From positions 44,950,001 to 45,014,000 of the forward strand of contig NC_043000.1 of the NCBI RefSeq assembly GCF_006345805.1: DNA of 64,000 nucleotides, in the 5' to 3' direction. Position 1 is the first letter of the stretch; every line of letters starts with the position of its first letter. The stretch comes from Octopus sinensis. Its lineage: Eukaryota. The notes under the pieces were generated by a model, which saw only the letters and a program-made list of their open reading frames with translations, did no database searches and was not told where the DNA came from. Position numbers and translations under genes: made by a program. Below, one piece after another: positions 35,946 to 48,140 of this stretch.

Positions 35946-38589
35946 ATATGTTTTCTATGCCCTTGTAGTTGAATATAGCATGAACAAAATAGAAACTAAA
36001 TAGCAAATTTTGTCTTACTGGGGCTATTGTTTAAATCTCAAATGTTTAAAAGTGTAAGAGTTAAATTCAAAAATTCCAACAAATTCACACATAGTAGATG
36101 CAAATAACATCTTTTCCTGCACATCTCTCGATTTGAAAATGAAATATTTTTAATGAGAATACACGATAATACATCATATATTTATTAATCAGACCTATGA
36201 CAACAATGTTTATATGAATTAAATGGAACAGAACAGGATGGAAGAATTTCAAATGTATCATACACTCACACACACACATATGTGCATATGTATGTATGCA
36301 TGTGAGTATGTGTGTGTGTGTGTAGTTTTATATTTTTCACTTTCCATGTGGTTAAAGATTTCTCTTTTGTGTAGATTACAAAATTTTGATGATTATTAGA
36401 ATCTCCTGAAATTTATTCCTATTTTAACTGATTCATAACAATGGATGATGCTTCTGCAAACAAAACTAAACAAAACGACAATTACTGTTAATTCCACCAC
36501 CAATTTATTCAAATAACATTCAAACTATTCTTATATGTGTATGCATTTGTTTCCATTTGTTAAAATATCTTATATTTTGCCTATATTACTTTGTGGTTGG
36601 GTTTGTCTTTGTGCTGTTGTATTTTTAGTAGTAGTAGTAGTAGTAGTAGTTGTTATTGTTGTTGTAGTGGGTGTTGTTTTCTTGCTTCTTTGTTAGTGTG
36701 TTAATTGTATGAATGTTTGCTTAAGATATTAATATTAATATGCATGGAGTCATAAAGCAAATACATCATAAATAAGTGTAGAATTCCTGACATGTGTTCC
36801 ATATATATATGCAAGAGAAGCAAAGCGAAGTGAAACGAAGTAGAGCAAAGAATTATAAAGCAAACTTGTAAATAGATACAAATGTAAACAAATTGAAGAG
36901 TGTAACAAAAATACAGCTGTGTAGGATAAATACTTGAGGCAATATGGTGACACAATATAGAAAGGAAGAGAGAGAAGAAATACGAAGTAAGGAAGAAATG
37001 AAGGAATAGAATTACTACAATGAAGAATTTTTCAGTTCATGATAGAGTAAATGGTTATAGAAATTAGAAATTATCCTGTTTTCATTCTTATAGGATCTTT
37101 TCACTCTGTCTAGTTTTCTGCTCATTATGTATTGTTACTAAAATTAAACAAAGTTTGCATTATCTATGTTCTTTGTTTTGCTAATATTTTAAATGAAATG
37201 TGGCATCTACACTCTCACATATATTTATTTACTAGCGACTTTGTTAGTTTAGCCTTTGTTTCAAACTTTTTGTTTTACATCTTCATTGTGGGAAAGAAAG
37301 AATTTTCAAAGATCACTTAAACTTTTATACTTCACTTAATCTAGCTTATACAACACGTTCCCTTCGTGAATATTGGAATTCAAATTGTTAGTGCAAAATA
37401 TGCAATACAATAAGGGGAAAAAGTTTTCACAAAATGCACTGTTATTGCAATTATGAAGCAACAATAATACAATTATATCTTCACAAACTTTCCTTTTCTT
37501 CCTTGTTCCTTTTGTTTCCTTTGTTGCTGATATATGCAAATACAACGTATTATTCCATCATTTGTATTCTTTTCTTCCTTAACCTCACTTATTAGTGTTT
37601 CTCTATTAAGATACCAACATGTAAATGAAAAGAGCTGTTAAAAGGAATATAAGTTAGTGTTCAATATCATCATCATCATCGTCATCATCATCATCATGCA
37701 CATACAGTAGTTTCCTGTAAACTTCTCACAGCTCTCCTGTATGAACTTTGTACTACTGAGATGTGCTGGGTTGCTTTACAACAGCACAAGGTGGTATTTG
37801 CATTTTAGTTAATCTTGCTTTTATTTCTTGTGATATTTCTTTATTTTTATGTTTCAAAAGATTTCATTGTATTTGCATATGATTCTATGAACTATGCTCT
37901 TTATTGAAAATGTCTTGCTTGGAATGTGTAATGCACCTTACAAGAATTCTTATGTATTACATCTAAAGTGATTAGCCTTTCTATGAGTTTTACTGTTTTT
38001 GTTCCTTTTTATTTTTATTTTCTATCTACCCCAGTGCACCAATTATTATCGATGCTAATTTTCTCTTATCCCACATTTGGCCTATTTTCGTTTCAAAGTT
38101 ACTATACCTTGATAGTTTCTCAGTTTCCAGCAATTTTGTCAGAAAAAATCAGGTGTCCAACAAAGTGCATACATTTTCCTGTTTGTTTTAATTATAATAT
38201 CTGAGTAATTAACTTTGTTCTTCTTGCTGGAAGCTATTTAATTGTTACAAAGTGATTTTGATAGACTATGCTTATATATCTTATTCTCAGTGTTCTTGTG
38301 AAAGAGTTTGCAAATAGCTAAATGCCTACTGACATGCTTTTCTGAAGATTGTGCAGTTATGAATAAGGTGATTATTTTTGTTTGCATTTATTGCAGCAAT
38401 TTCTTTCTGGTAGATGCTTAAATGGTATTGAATAGTTGTAGTTTTGTTCTCTTTTTGGTAATTGTTTCATCTTTTTGGCTTCGAATTGTGCTTATTTGGT
38501 TAAAAATCAGATACTTTGTATTTACCTTAAGTAAAATTTATTTTTAAAGTATTTTTAAATTGACTGATTTTTATCTTTTTTTTGGCTTT

Positions 38590-38825
38590 TTAGTTTCAGC
38601 TCAGAGCTGCGGCCATGCTGATGCACCGCCGATTTGCTACACTGTTATTACTAAGAGCCTCCTCTAATATGTGGCACTTGGTGAAGCATGGAGTTTGATA
38701 TAGCTACCCTCATTTGCACCTCTTGCTGTGAGGTAGGTTCATCTGGGACTCTTGACAGCTAGTTTTCCAGCTATGCCAAGGTCACGCAGTTTGTGGCATA
38801 TCATACCATGATCCACCTTTGTCCA
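38590..38825 (-). mobile_element. CR1/L2-like LINE fragment: RT piece joined by deletion to the 3' tail
   Basis: Minus strand VDHGMICHKLRDLGIAGKL (follows the AFDKVDH motif), then ggcggtgcatcagcatggccgcag...ctgaaac tail shared with SINE family A. Confidence 0.7.
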
Positions 38826-39008
38826 TTTTTCCATTCTTTAATGATATTGACAACAGAGAGGTTTCCCTCTCTGCTATTTCTTTATCACTCATTTGAGTTT
38901 GACTTTGATTTTATCTTTTTCTGCTATTTTTTTGCTTGTTTAAATAATGTTTCTCAATGTACTTAGCTTGTAGTTTTTGTTTACTTATAAACAGAAGTTT
39001 TTTTGCTG

Positions 39009-39145
39009 TTTTTACCATGTTCTGATATTTAGTTACATTAACATTTTTGCATGAAAACCTTCTGAGTAAGTCATTAAAAGGATTTTCCTTCTGAGTAAGT
39101 CATTAAAAAATGCTAATATAGCTAAATATCAGAACATGATAAAAA
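39009..39145. repeat. 40-bp inverted repeat enclosing a 22-bp direct tandem repeat
   Basis: tttttaccatgttctgatatttagttacattaacattttt pairs with 39106-39145 (36 of 40 match); ccttctgagtaagtcattaaaa occurs twice inside. Confidence 0.88.
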
Positions 39146-39906
39146 TAACCACAAGCATTTTCAGAACACGAAGAATCTAAGGAAAGAATTATTCATAGAA
39201 TATTTCCAGAATAGAGAACTGTTCCAAATGCTTGCATTAGAGTAGACCCTACTAAAAGGATAGTGTTGTTAAACGAGATGACAGATTGTGTACTACTCAA
39301 CAACATTTACATTTTATCTATCTCCAATGCAGTTTTCATCTAACTTCACTTGCAACATGTTAAACAACTTAGAGTTAAGCTGATACAAAATCTGGCTCAA
39401 ACTTGTAGCAATATGATTGCAAAGCAAACAGTAATTTTCTAGTTTCTTTATAATTCCTCTTTTTCTATTTATATAATTCCTCTTAGCTGTTTCCATGATA
39501 ACTTGTTGTTGTTAAGGTCTGGTCTCATCTCTTTTATGATCAAATGATCAAATACATTCATGCTTTTTAGACACAAACTATCTAAGTCTACATTATACAA
39601 TATATCTTGTCTTGTATAGAGTGTAGTTGTTATTTCCATCAGAATAAATGACTTCATTTAGGTTTCCTTGTTATTTCAATCTGTGCTAAGTTAATACTAT
39701 CAGCATCTGTTTTAAAACATCTGATTTAAAATATAAGGAATATTTCTTGTACTTTTTTCCCCTATCTCAACTTTTCTCTTGTGCTCCTCCCTTATTTATT
39801 ATATTAAATCTGTAGTTTATAGGTAGACTTCAACTCAATAACTTTGGTAACACCAACTTCATCAGACACTATATCAAGCACTACATTACTATATAGTAGT
39901 AATATA

Positions 39907-40146
39907 TATATTTCTTTATTGCCCACGAGGGGTGGGGGTAAACAGAGAGGGGACAAACAAGGACAGACAAAGGGATTAAGTCGATTGCATCAACCCCAGT
40001 GCATAACTGGTACTTATTTAATCGACTCCAAAAGGATGAAAGGTAAAGTCGACCTTGGTAGAATTTGAACTCAGAATGTAATGGCAGATGAAATACCACT
40101 AAGCATTTCGCCCAGTGTGCTAATTATTCTACCAGCTCCCTGACCT
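39907..40146 (-). mobile_element. SINE family B copy with 17-bp TSD
   Basis: TSD tatatagtagtaatata at 39890-39906 and 40147-40163. Confidence 0.9.
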
Positions 40147-40387
40147 TATATAGTAGTAATATAGCATTGCTCTTAGACATTCAGATTACTTTATCAAGTG
40201 TAATGTTTATTCGTTCACATTGTTTTGAATTAATCTTGCATTGTCTTGCAACTTCAAGATTTCAAGGATGTGATTGCTTAGTTTTAGAATGACATTGTAG
40301 GATAGGTGTAAGAAGTTGGAACCAATTATCTGGTTCTGGATATTTGATCATCACTTTTAACTTACCTTACAAAACTCATTAAAGCTC

Positions 40388-40779
40388 TCTTTATACATCA
40401 GTTATCTCACTAATGTTCTAAACATAATAAAAATGAGAGAAATAGGAAGAAATAAAGATATAATTTCATTAAAGAATAAGTTTTATTAACCTAATAAAAT
40501 GCTAGTGCTTTAAATAATCTGTATTTGTATTCACTTTTGATGGGGACTTCGATTATTGAACCTAGTATGATTGAAAATATTCTGTTACTTACATAATATA
40601 GATGCATGATTAGATATACTTTACATTTCCTGCAGGTGTTGTTTATTTAATGCTTGTGTGTGTGTTTTCATAAAATACAATAAGCTCCTTCCTATCTAAT
40701 ACTAGAGCGTTGCTGGGTCACTGAATTTTCTGGATCATCACTTTTAAATCACCATAGCGCCTTACAAAACTAATTAAAA

Positions 40780-40828
<49 letters not shown>

Positions 40829-40950
40829 CTCCATCACTAATGCTCTGAATATACAAGAAATGAGAAAATAGAAAGAAATAAAAATATAATTTAGGTAAAG
40901 AATAAGTTTTATCAACCTAATAAAATGCAGATACTTTAAATGCAGTAATA
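40388..40950. repeat. Old direct duplication (~135 bp: 40388-40525 and 40822-40950)
   Basis: tcactaatg.tct..aaatgaga.aatag.aagaaataaa.atataattt..taaagaataagttttat.aacctaataaaatgc is shared. Confidence 0.85.
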
Positions 40951-42044
40951 TAAAATACTGAATCATGCTTTGAGAAGCAATGATGCATTTTAGATACAGT
41001 AGCAATTATCTTTTAATGACACTTAAGTAATTAACACAGATTAGCTCAAATTCTTTTGACTCTAATTAACAGCAAATTTTTCTTCATTGTTTTCCAAATG
41101 CTGGTTGCTTGAAAGTTCCAGTTATTTGAGCACAGGGATAAGAAGGAATTTATTGTATGGTTGAATAATTTTAATGAGTATATGTACGTGTGTGTGTGTG
41201 ATTAAATAGCAACATTAATTCTACTATGATTGGAACTCAGAAATAAGAAACATGTAACTTAATACTGTAAAATATTTATTTAGTCCACTATTTCAAATAT
41301 TTCTACTAAATCGCTACCTTCCACTTTATCCATAATTTCACTATACAGTCAAAACTTAGTAAGTCCAAATGAACTTCACTATCAGAATGTTTTGTGTTTA
41401 TTAATTAGCCAGGCTTTGTGTAACCTCACCTGAAGAATAACACTGATGCTAATAGTCTGTCTGTCTGTCTTTTGTTTACAATGATTAATTCAAATAACTG
41501 AAGATCATGTAAAAACGCATCATCAAATATATGTTATTGAATCTAATGCAATGAGAGCATCCTCTTTACATTCATTAAAAATATCACCATATGTCAATCT
41601 GTCAACTAGTTTGATTTCAGTCAATCATTTTAAATAGAGTTAAAAATCAATGTTTGCATTTGAAATAGCCTTGGGTTAACATATCACCATGTATAACATA
41701 ATATATAAACAAATGTGCAACAACAATAACTGTAATATATCGTGTTGGAGAAATATCTCAAAGTTAATTATTCAGAATGTCAAAGCATCACTATCCCAGT
41801 ATTTCGATTTGGTTTGGTTTCCACAAAACAGTAAATATTTGTTCATTGGTGTCTATAGCAGAACAAGCATTTTTGGCTTAGTTTAATGTCCAGGTTATTT
41901 TTCAGTGAGGAGACCAAATCAGGTCAAATTACTGGTCTAGCAATCCACAGACATATGAGTGAATCCTTTTAATTTTAACATACAAATCTCTTTGATATTC
42001 TTTTATGCAGCAAATATTATAATATTCACATAATCCTTTCTAAT

Positions 42045-42222
42045 ATAGGGACAAAGTCTGAGATTTTAGAGGAGGGGCTGGCCAGTTACATCAACTCTAG
42101 TGCTCAACTGGTACTTATTTCATCAACCTCAAAAGATATAAAGCAAAGTCGACCTCCGCAAAATTTGAATGCAAAAGATGATGTCAGGGGAAATTCCATT
42201 AAGCATCCTTCCAGCTCACCAC
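42045..42222 (-). mobile_element. Degenerate SINE family B copy
   Basis: ctggtacttattt..gcaaagtcgacctc..aatttgaa..ccagctcacc. Confidence 0.75.
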
Positions 42223-42223
42223 C

Positions 42224-42590
42224 TTATCATCATCATCATCATCATCACCGTTTAACGTCCGTTTTCCATGCTAGCATGGGTTGGACGGTTCAACTGGGAT
42301 CTGTGAAGCCAGGAGGCTGCACCAGGCTCCAGTCTGATCTGGCAGTGTTTCTACAATAGGTCTCCTCAACCACAACAGGTCACCCTACGATCCAAGGTAA
42401 GCACAGCAGGTCGTCCTACGATCCAAGGTACTTTGAATGGGCTGGGGGGAGCTGGTTATGTGAAGCTGGTGTAGGATATGCTGTGGACTCACTTTATTTG
42501 TCGGGTCTTCACAGCCACAGCATATCTCCAGAGGTCTTGGTCTTTCGTCATTGCCTCTGTGAGGCCCAACGTTCAAAGGCCATGCTTATA
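42224..42590 (-). mobile_element. 5'-truncated RTE LINE 3' end with (GAT)n tail
   Basis: 42500-42585 closely matches 54820-54900; (cat)n followed by cgtttaacgtccgttttccatgctagcatgggttggac. Confidence 0.8.
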
Positions 42591-45486
42591 GTATTAAAAT
42601 AATGTTAACATGTAAATATCATTGATATGCAGAAGGGTTTCAAAGCATGATAGAATCATTTGACTTGATTCATTACACCATTTTATTCCAACGATATACC
42701 TGTTGCAAGTTTACAAATTCATTGTTTTTATCATTTCTGAAATAGAAAGCAAACACCACTGACTTTACTGTGATTAAATAATGGTGAAATGGCATCAAAG
42801 ATTGCATAAGAGTGAACATTTTATACACTATATGATAAGTGTGCTTTTTAATATAATCCTGTTAAGTATGATCAATAAATAAACCCTGCACTCTTATTTG
42901 GATAACCAAGATCTAACTGTATAGAGTAAATTTTTATTCTTCACTTATCAAACATTCCACCATTTATCAGAATCATAATTAATCTCCATTCAAGAATTAC
43001 AGCTTGCCATAGAACTAAAATAATGAGACTGTGACTAGTATAGTTTGTGTTGATGACGATGATGCAATTTCCAGGACCCAGTTCATGTCTCTGTAAAATG
43101 CTGTGGCTGTTTTGCCCAAGTTTGGTTTCACCCAAGTTCACCTACGCTTAAAAGGATTCAAACACATTTCTTTTCAAGAATATCATACATAGACTGTATT
43201 ATCCAATCCATACTTTATTCAGATAGTAGAATGTAAAAATATTCCACAGAATGGTTGCAGCTTCCATAAATTGCAAGGGTGCCATAAATCTAACAGGTGT
43301 TTTGTCAGCTAAAATATTCAACTACAGCCTTGAGGAATTCACGTAGAGAAATGGATTTTGCCCAGCTGATTTACTTTACATAAATGCATGAAATTGCTCT
43401 CTTCAGTTATACTCCAAAATATACTAAATAAAAATGAAGTTGTTTATGTTCTTACAAACAGTCATTTCAAACAATTTTTTGTATTCATGATACATTTTAG
43501 CTGTAAAATTCTCAGAGTCCTTTTATTTATCAGTCCTCCTTCCTTGATTACCTCTTCAATGTCCCCTTCCTACAGTTCAGCACAATTAAATACACCTCAA
43601 AAACATTGTCGCTGATAGATTGATCTCAATTTAAAAACTACTTTCACACAAGACATCATTAATATGATACAGAATATCAAAACTACATTGAAACCATTAA
43701 TATTTACACACAGATGATTAACACACTGAATGAAAAAAGAAAATATTTTTGAAAATATTTTCGTTTATTTATTCAGTAAAAGTTTTGAAGTCTATCATTA
43801 ATGTTGCTGATGTTGCCATTGTTGGTGTTTTTGTCATTGTTGTGACTGCAACTAACAAGCAGTTTATCATGATATTACATTAATTTTCTTTAAAAGTTGA
43901 AATTTAAATAAACAAAGAATAAACACAAAACTGTCAAAGATGTGCCTATCCCATACTACCACTTACCCCCCCCCCCTAGTAACCATATAAAATATTATCC
44001 ATCCACACATTCTAGAGTAGGTAAGTATTGCTCATTATGAAAAGTACAGCTTTAGTGCAATTAAAAGTGTTTTGTCACGCTTTGTGCATAAGACAGAAAA
44101 GAAATTTATTAAAAACTATAATGCTAATATATATTAACCTATGATTATAATTTAAACTGTGCAGAATAATAAAGTACTCACTTCTTTAAATCAATAAAGG
44201 AAACATAGTCATCAAAATTTGAATTTAAATATGTTTATATTTTTACATTTTTTAATTATAAACTTATTATTTCAATGCTATTCATACTTAGAAGTTTTTG
44301 GTACACCACTATCGCAAAGTGTACCATTTAGAGACTACTGTGCTACATTCAGGGTTAATGCAATATAGTCTCTTCAGTAACATCTTGATTTCTCTTTGTC
44401 TCTATACCTCATGAAAAAGGCACAAAAATTTTTAAATCTCGTTTCCCTTCCCTGTAAATTTTCTGCCTTACGCCTACGTAAAAAATCAATATTAATGCCA
44501 TTGTTCAAACATAGAAAATGTTTGATAGCGGTTACTATATTTTGATTTGTATCTTTTATTTTTTTAAAATATTTTCTATATGGAAATCAAGTGTGACTTC
44601 CTATTATTATGAATTAATATTCTACAAAATTTCATTGCAACTAAATCTCCAGCAATCTTTCTACCATCTCACCCTTTCTTTTCTTTTTCTTTTTAAATTA
44701 CAATAAATATGACAAAAAAAAATTGATATTTCACTTTTTGCTTTTGGTTTTCTTTACAATTTTCCAAAACAGATATTAAGCCAAAGATTTTCTAATTTTC
44801 CTAAATATTTGTGCAAAATAAACCAACAGAAAGAATAGGTTCAAATAATTGTACTAATCTATATTTGAAATGTGGTGGAAATGATTTGATGTAACATATA
44901 CAATGTAGAGATCTGTTTATAATAAGACACATAAATGATATTTTACAATGCTATTGATTAGTGTTGTTGAGTAGATCAAATTTTCTTCATGCTGGTTTGA
45001 ACAAGAATGGAAACTTTGACCCAAGTATAATGCAAAGAGAAATCCCTTGATAAAACCATAAGAGCACATATATACATTATAACAATGAATATATTGTCCA
45101 TCTCATGAATTTGAAAGTATCGATGGTTTCCAAATCAGCTTATTAAAATAACCAGAATTAATGCTTATTTGTAACCTCATCTTTATAACACTCTCAACAA
45201 GATGCTTATGTATCTGTCTTTCAGTCTCTCTCACTCATGCAGTGTACATACATACATATATACATATATATATATGTGTGTGTGTGTGTGTGTAGGTATA
45301 CATACATATACATACTTATATGTGTGTGTGTGTGTGTTTGTGTGTGTTATGCACAATGCACAGTAAATTAGGAAAACCAAAATAGATTGAAATGTTACAA
45401 GGCTTTACTGTTGATAAAATAAGAATGTAAACACATTTTCCCTATGCAAATCATGTGCAGAATAAAGATGAAGGCCATTGTCTTAT

Positions 45487-45642
45487 TACTTTATTGCCCA
45501 CATGGGGCTAAACATAGAGGGGACAAACAAGGACTGACAAAGGGATTAAGTCGATTGCATCGACTCCAGTGTGTAACTGGTACTTAATTTATCGACCTTG
45601 AAAGGATGAAAGGTAAAGTCGACCTCGGCAGAATTTGAACTG
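45487..45642 (-). mobile_element. 5'-truncated SINE family B copy
   Basis: Matches the 3' two-thirds of 29661-29892. Confidence 0.85.
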
Positions 45643-45762
45643 AAGACCATCTTCTGACAGACTGCTTCAAGCTATGTTGACTACTTTTCAATGAAGACCT
45701 ACATGGTTATCTTGTAGAACTGATTGCAGGGAGACTCAACTGAAAATAAGGTAGTCAATTAA

Positions 45763-45793
<31 letters not shown>

Positions 45794-45851
45794 TGTATGT
45801 ATGTATGTATGTATGTATGTATGTATGCATGTATTTATGTATGTATGTATA

Positions 45852-45892
<41 letters not shown>

Positions 45893-45901
45893 TCATACAT
45901 A

Positions 45902-46634
45902 CAGGGTAGGGTAGAAAGTATAATAGACGTTTTTGAAATGGCTATTACTCAGCCTCAGCAGGAGGGACATACGTCTGACAGGTACCATTCAGTCCTTAGC
46001 GTCTTAGTATTTTCTTTTCTCTTCAGGTTAAGCCATGGCACTATGGACGATAGAACATTGCATGTTTGCCTACGACAATTACATGAAGAATAACGAGTCT
46101 GTCAGCAGTTCAGCATGAATTTTGGTGTCACTTCAACATTCTCTGAAATCCGGCTGTTCCCACCCATAGCACAATCTTACTTTGGGCGAAGGCACTTCGT
46201 ACACTAATGGATAGGAGAATAGTGGGGCACCACGAACGGTACAGACCCCTGAAATGCGGAACATGTCAGAAAGTTTTGATACAGAGTCTGAATTGCTCTG
46301 CTCTGAGGAATTCCACTGAACTTGGCACTGGTAATCGATAGGTAAGGCGTATTTTGCATGAAGACCTGCATTTCCACCCGTACAAATTGGTCATTGGGCT
46401 ACAGTTGAAAACATGGGACTATGCACAGAGCAATTCTGGAGAGAGTGGAGGCCAATTTCCAAGAACACCTTCAGAAATGCATCAATGAAAACAGACACCA
46501 CATGATGGATGTCGTTTTCCACACTTGATTTTGACAAACGCTAATTCAATACGAACACATTGAGGTTAATAAAATTTGTTTGTAGCTAAAATTAATAATC
46601 TTGTGAATTTTCCCATCCTCTCTGCCCCACCCAG
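45902..46634 (+). mobile_element. Internally deleted Tc1/mariner-superfamily element (maT/DD37D-like N-terminus) with TIRs and TA TSD
   Basis: TA-cagggtagggtagaaag ... ctctctgccccacccag-TA. ATG at 46035 gives MALWTIEHCMFAYDNY..VQHEF..HFNI..VPTHSTILLW..VRRILHEDLHFHPYKL, jumping to ILERVEANFQEHLQKCINENRHHMMDVVFHT* (TGA 46526-46528). Confidence 0.88.
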
Positions 46635-46668
46635 TATGTGTGTGTGTGTGCATGTATATATATATATT

Positions 46669-46736
<68 letters not shown>

Positions 46737-47964
46737 TGCACACACACAACACACACACACATACATAATCATAATAATTCCTCTATATTCATGTAAGTGT
46801 TCATGTATTTAAAATTGTCAACTTTTAGATTTTGCTTGCATATTGAAATTGTGACCATCTCTGCTGATTTGTCTTTTGTATTGTATTGTATTGACTCAGC
46901 CTTCTTTATACTTAAAACATACACTATCTCTCTGAATATAACAAAGCGCATGTGAGTTATAGATAGGGATTGAGTAACTGACAGCTAAAGATTGGCAGAT
47001 TTTGAATAAAATGTCATTAAAAATACAAGTTATTCATGAAAATATATTGCTGATTACTTTATGAAAAAGAATAATGTAATATTTTCTAAAGTCACATAGC
47101 ACATTATTTTTGTTGTTTTTAGTGTTAATTGTGTTTTTATTTATTTAGTTTTCTTTTTATAAGGAATAAAAACAAGCATCAAATCCTAAATAGAAGTTAG
47201 TTATGTTTCCCAAACATTACCTCTTTTATTTTACTTTTGCTTTTAGCAAGCATTCATACAAGAAACTTTATTGTCATCTTGGGCAAGTCTTGACACAGTT
47301 CCCTATAATTAAAATTTATAGTTTAAATATATTTTTAATGCATATTTAAAAATACATTTGTATTTAGTTTCCAGAAATTCTATTAAATTACAACAAATAA
47401 ATATCCAGAGGATGTTAGATAGAATTTTTAAAATTCTTTTCCACTATTTTTTATTTGAAATTTTTTTCCTCCCTTTAAAATGCTTGCTATTCATTCAAGC
47501 CTGCAAGTCAAACTTGCTAATCATTTTTTATTTTTGTATTTTCCTTTTACTTTTTGTTGCTTTAAGGGTTTTTATCGAAATTCTTTAAAATGCAAAAAAT
47601 TACTTCCAAGAAATTTCCCATGAAACCTTACATTGAAGAGACAACAGTATTTAAGTCTAATAATTTTTATTAATATTTTCTTTATTTCCTTCATTATTCT
47701 TTAAAATTTAGTTTGATTTATTTCAACAATAATATTACACAAGTAAAAATTTAACTCAACAAATTAATTACTGCTATAAACACTTAAAGATAGTCTCTTC
47801 CTTTCTAATACATAGAAAGATGGTTTAAACTAATATAAATACGTTGGACAGCAGAAATTCATGAATGGAATAAGCACCCCTAATCTACATCGATTCACAG
47901 GAAAAGTAAATTAATAAAGAGAATTATAAAGCAATATGTATCAACGAGATATATTCTTTTCTAC

Positions 47965-48140
47965 TCTTGGCACAAGGCCTGAAATCTGGTGGAAAGGAGT
48001 CAGTCGATGAGATCAACCCCAGTATTATGCAACTGGCTCTTAATTTGTCAACTCTGAAAGGATGAAAGGCAAGTCGACCTTGGTGGAATTTGAACTCAGA
48101 ACGTTAAGACAGATGAAATACCGCTAAGTATTTCGCCCAG
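47965..48140 (-). mobile_element. SINE family B-related copy
   Basis: aaaggatgaaaggcaagtcgaccttggtggaatttgaactcagaacg..gaaataccgctaagtatttcgcc. Confidence 0.8.
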
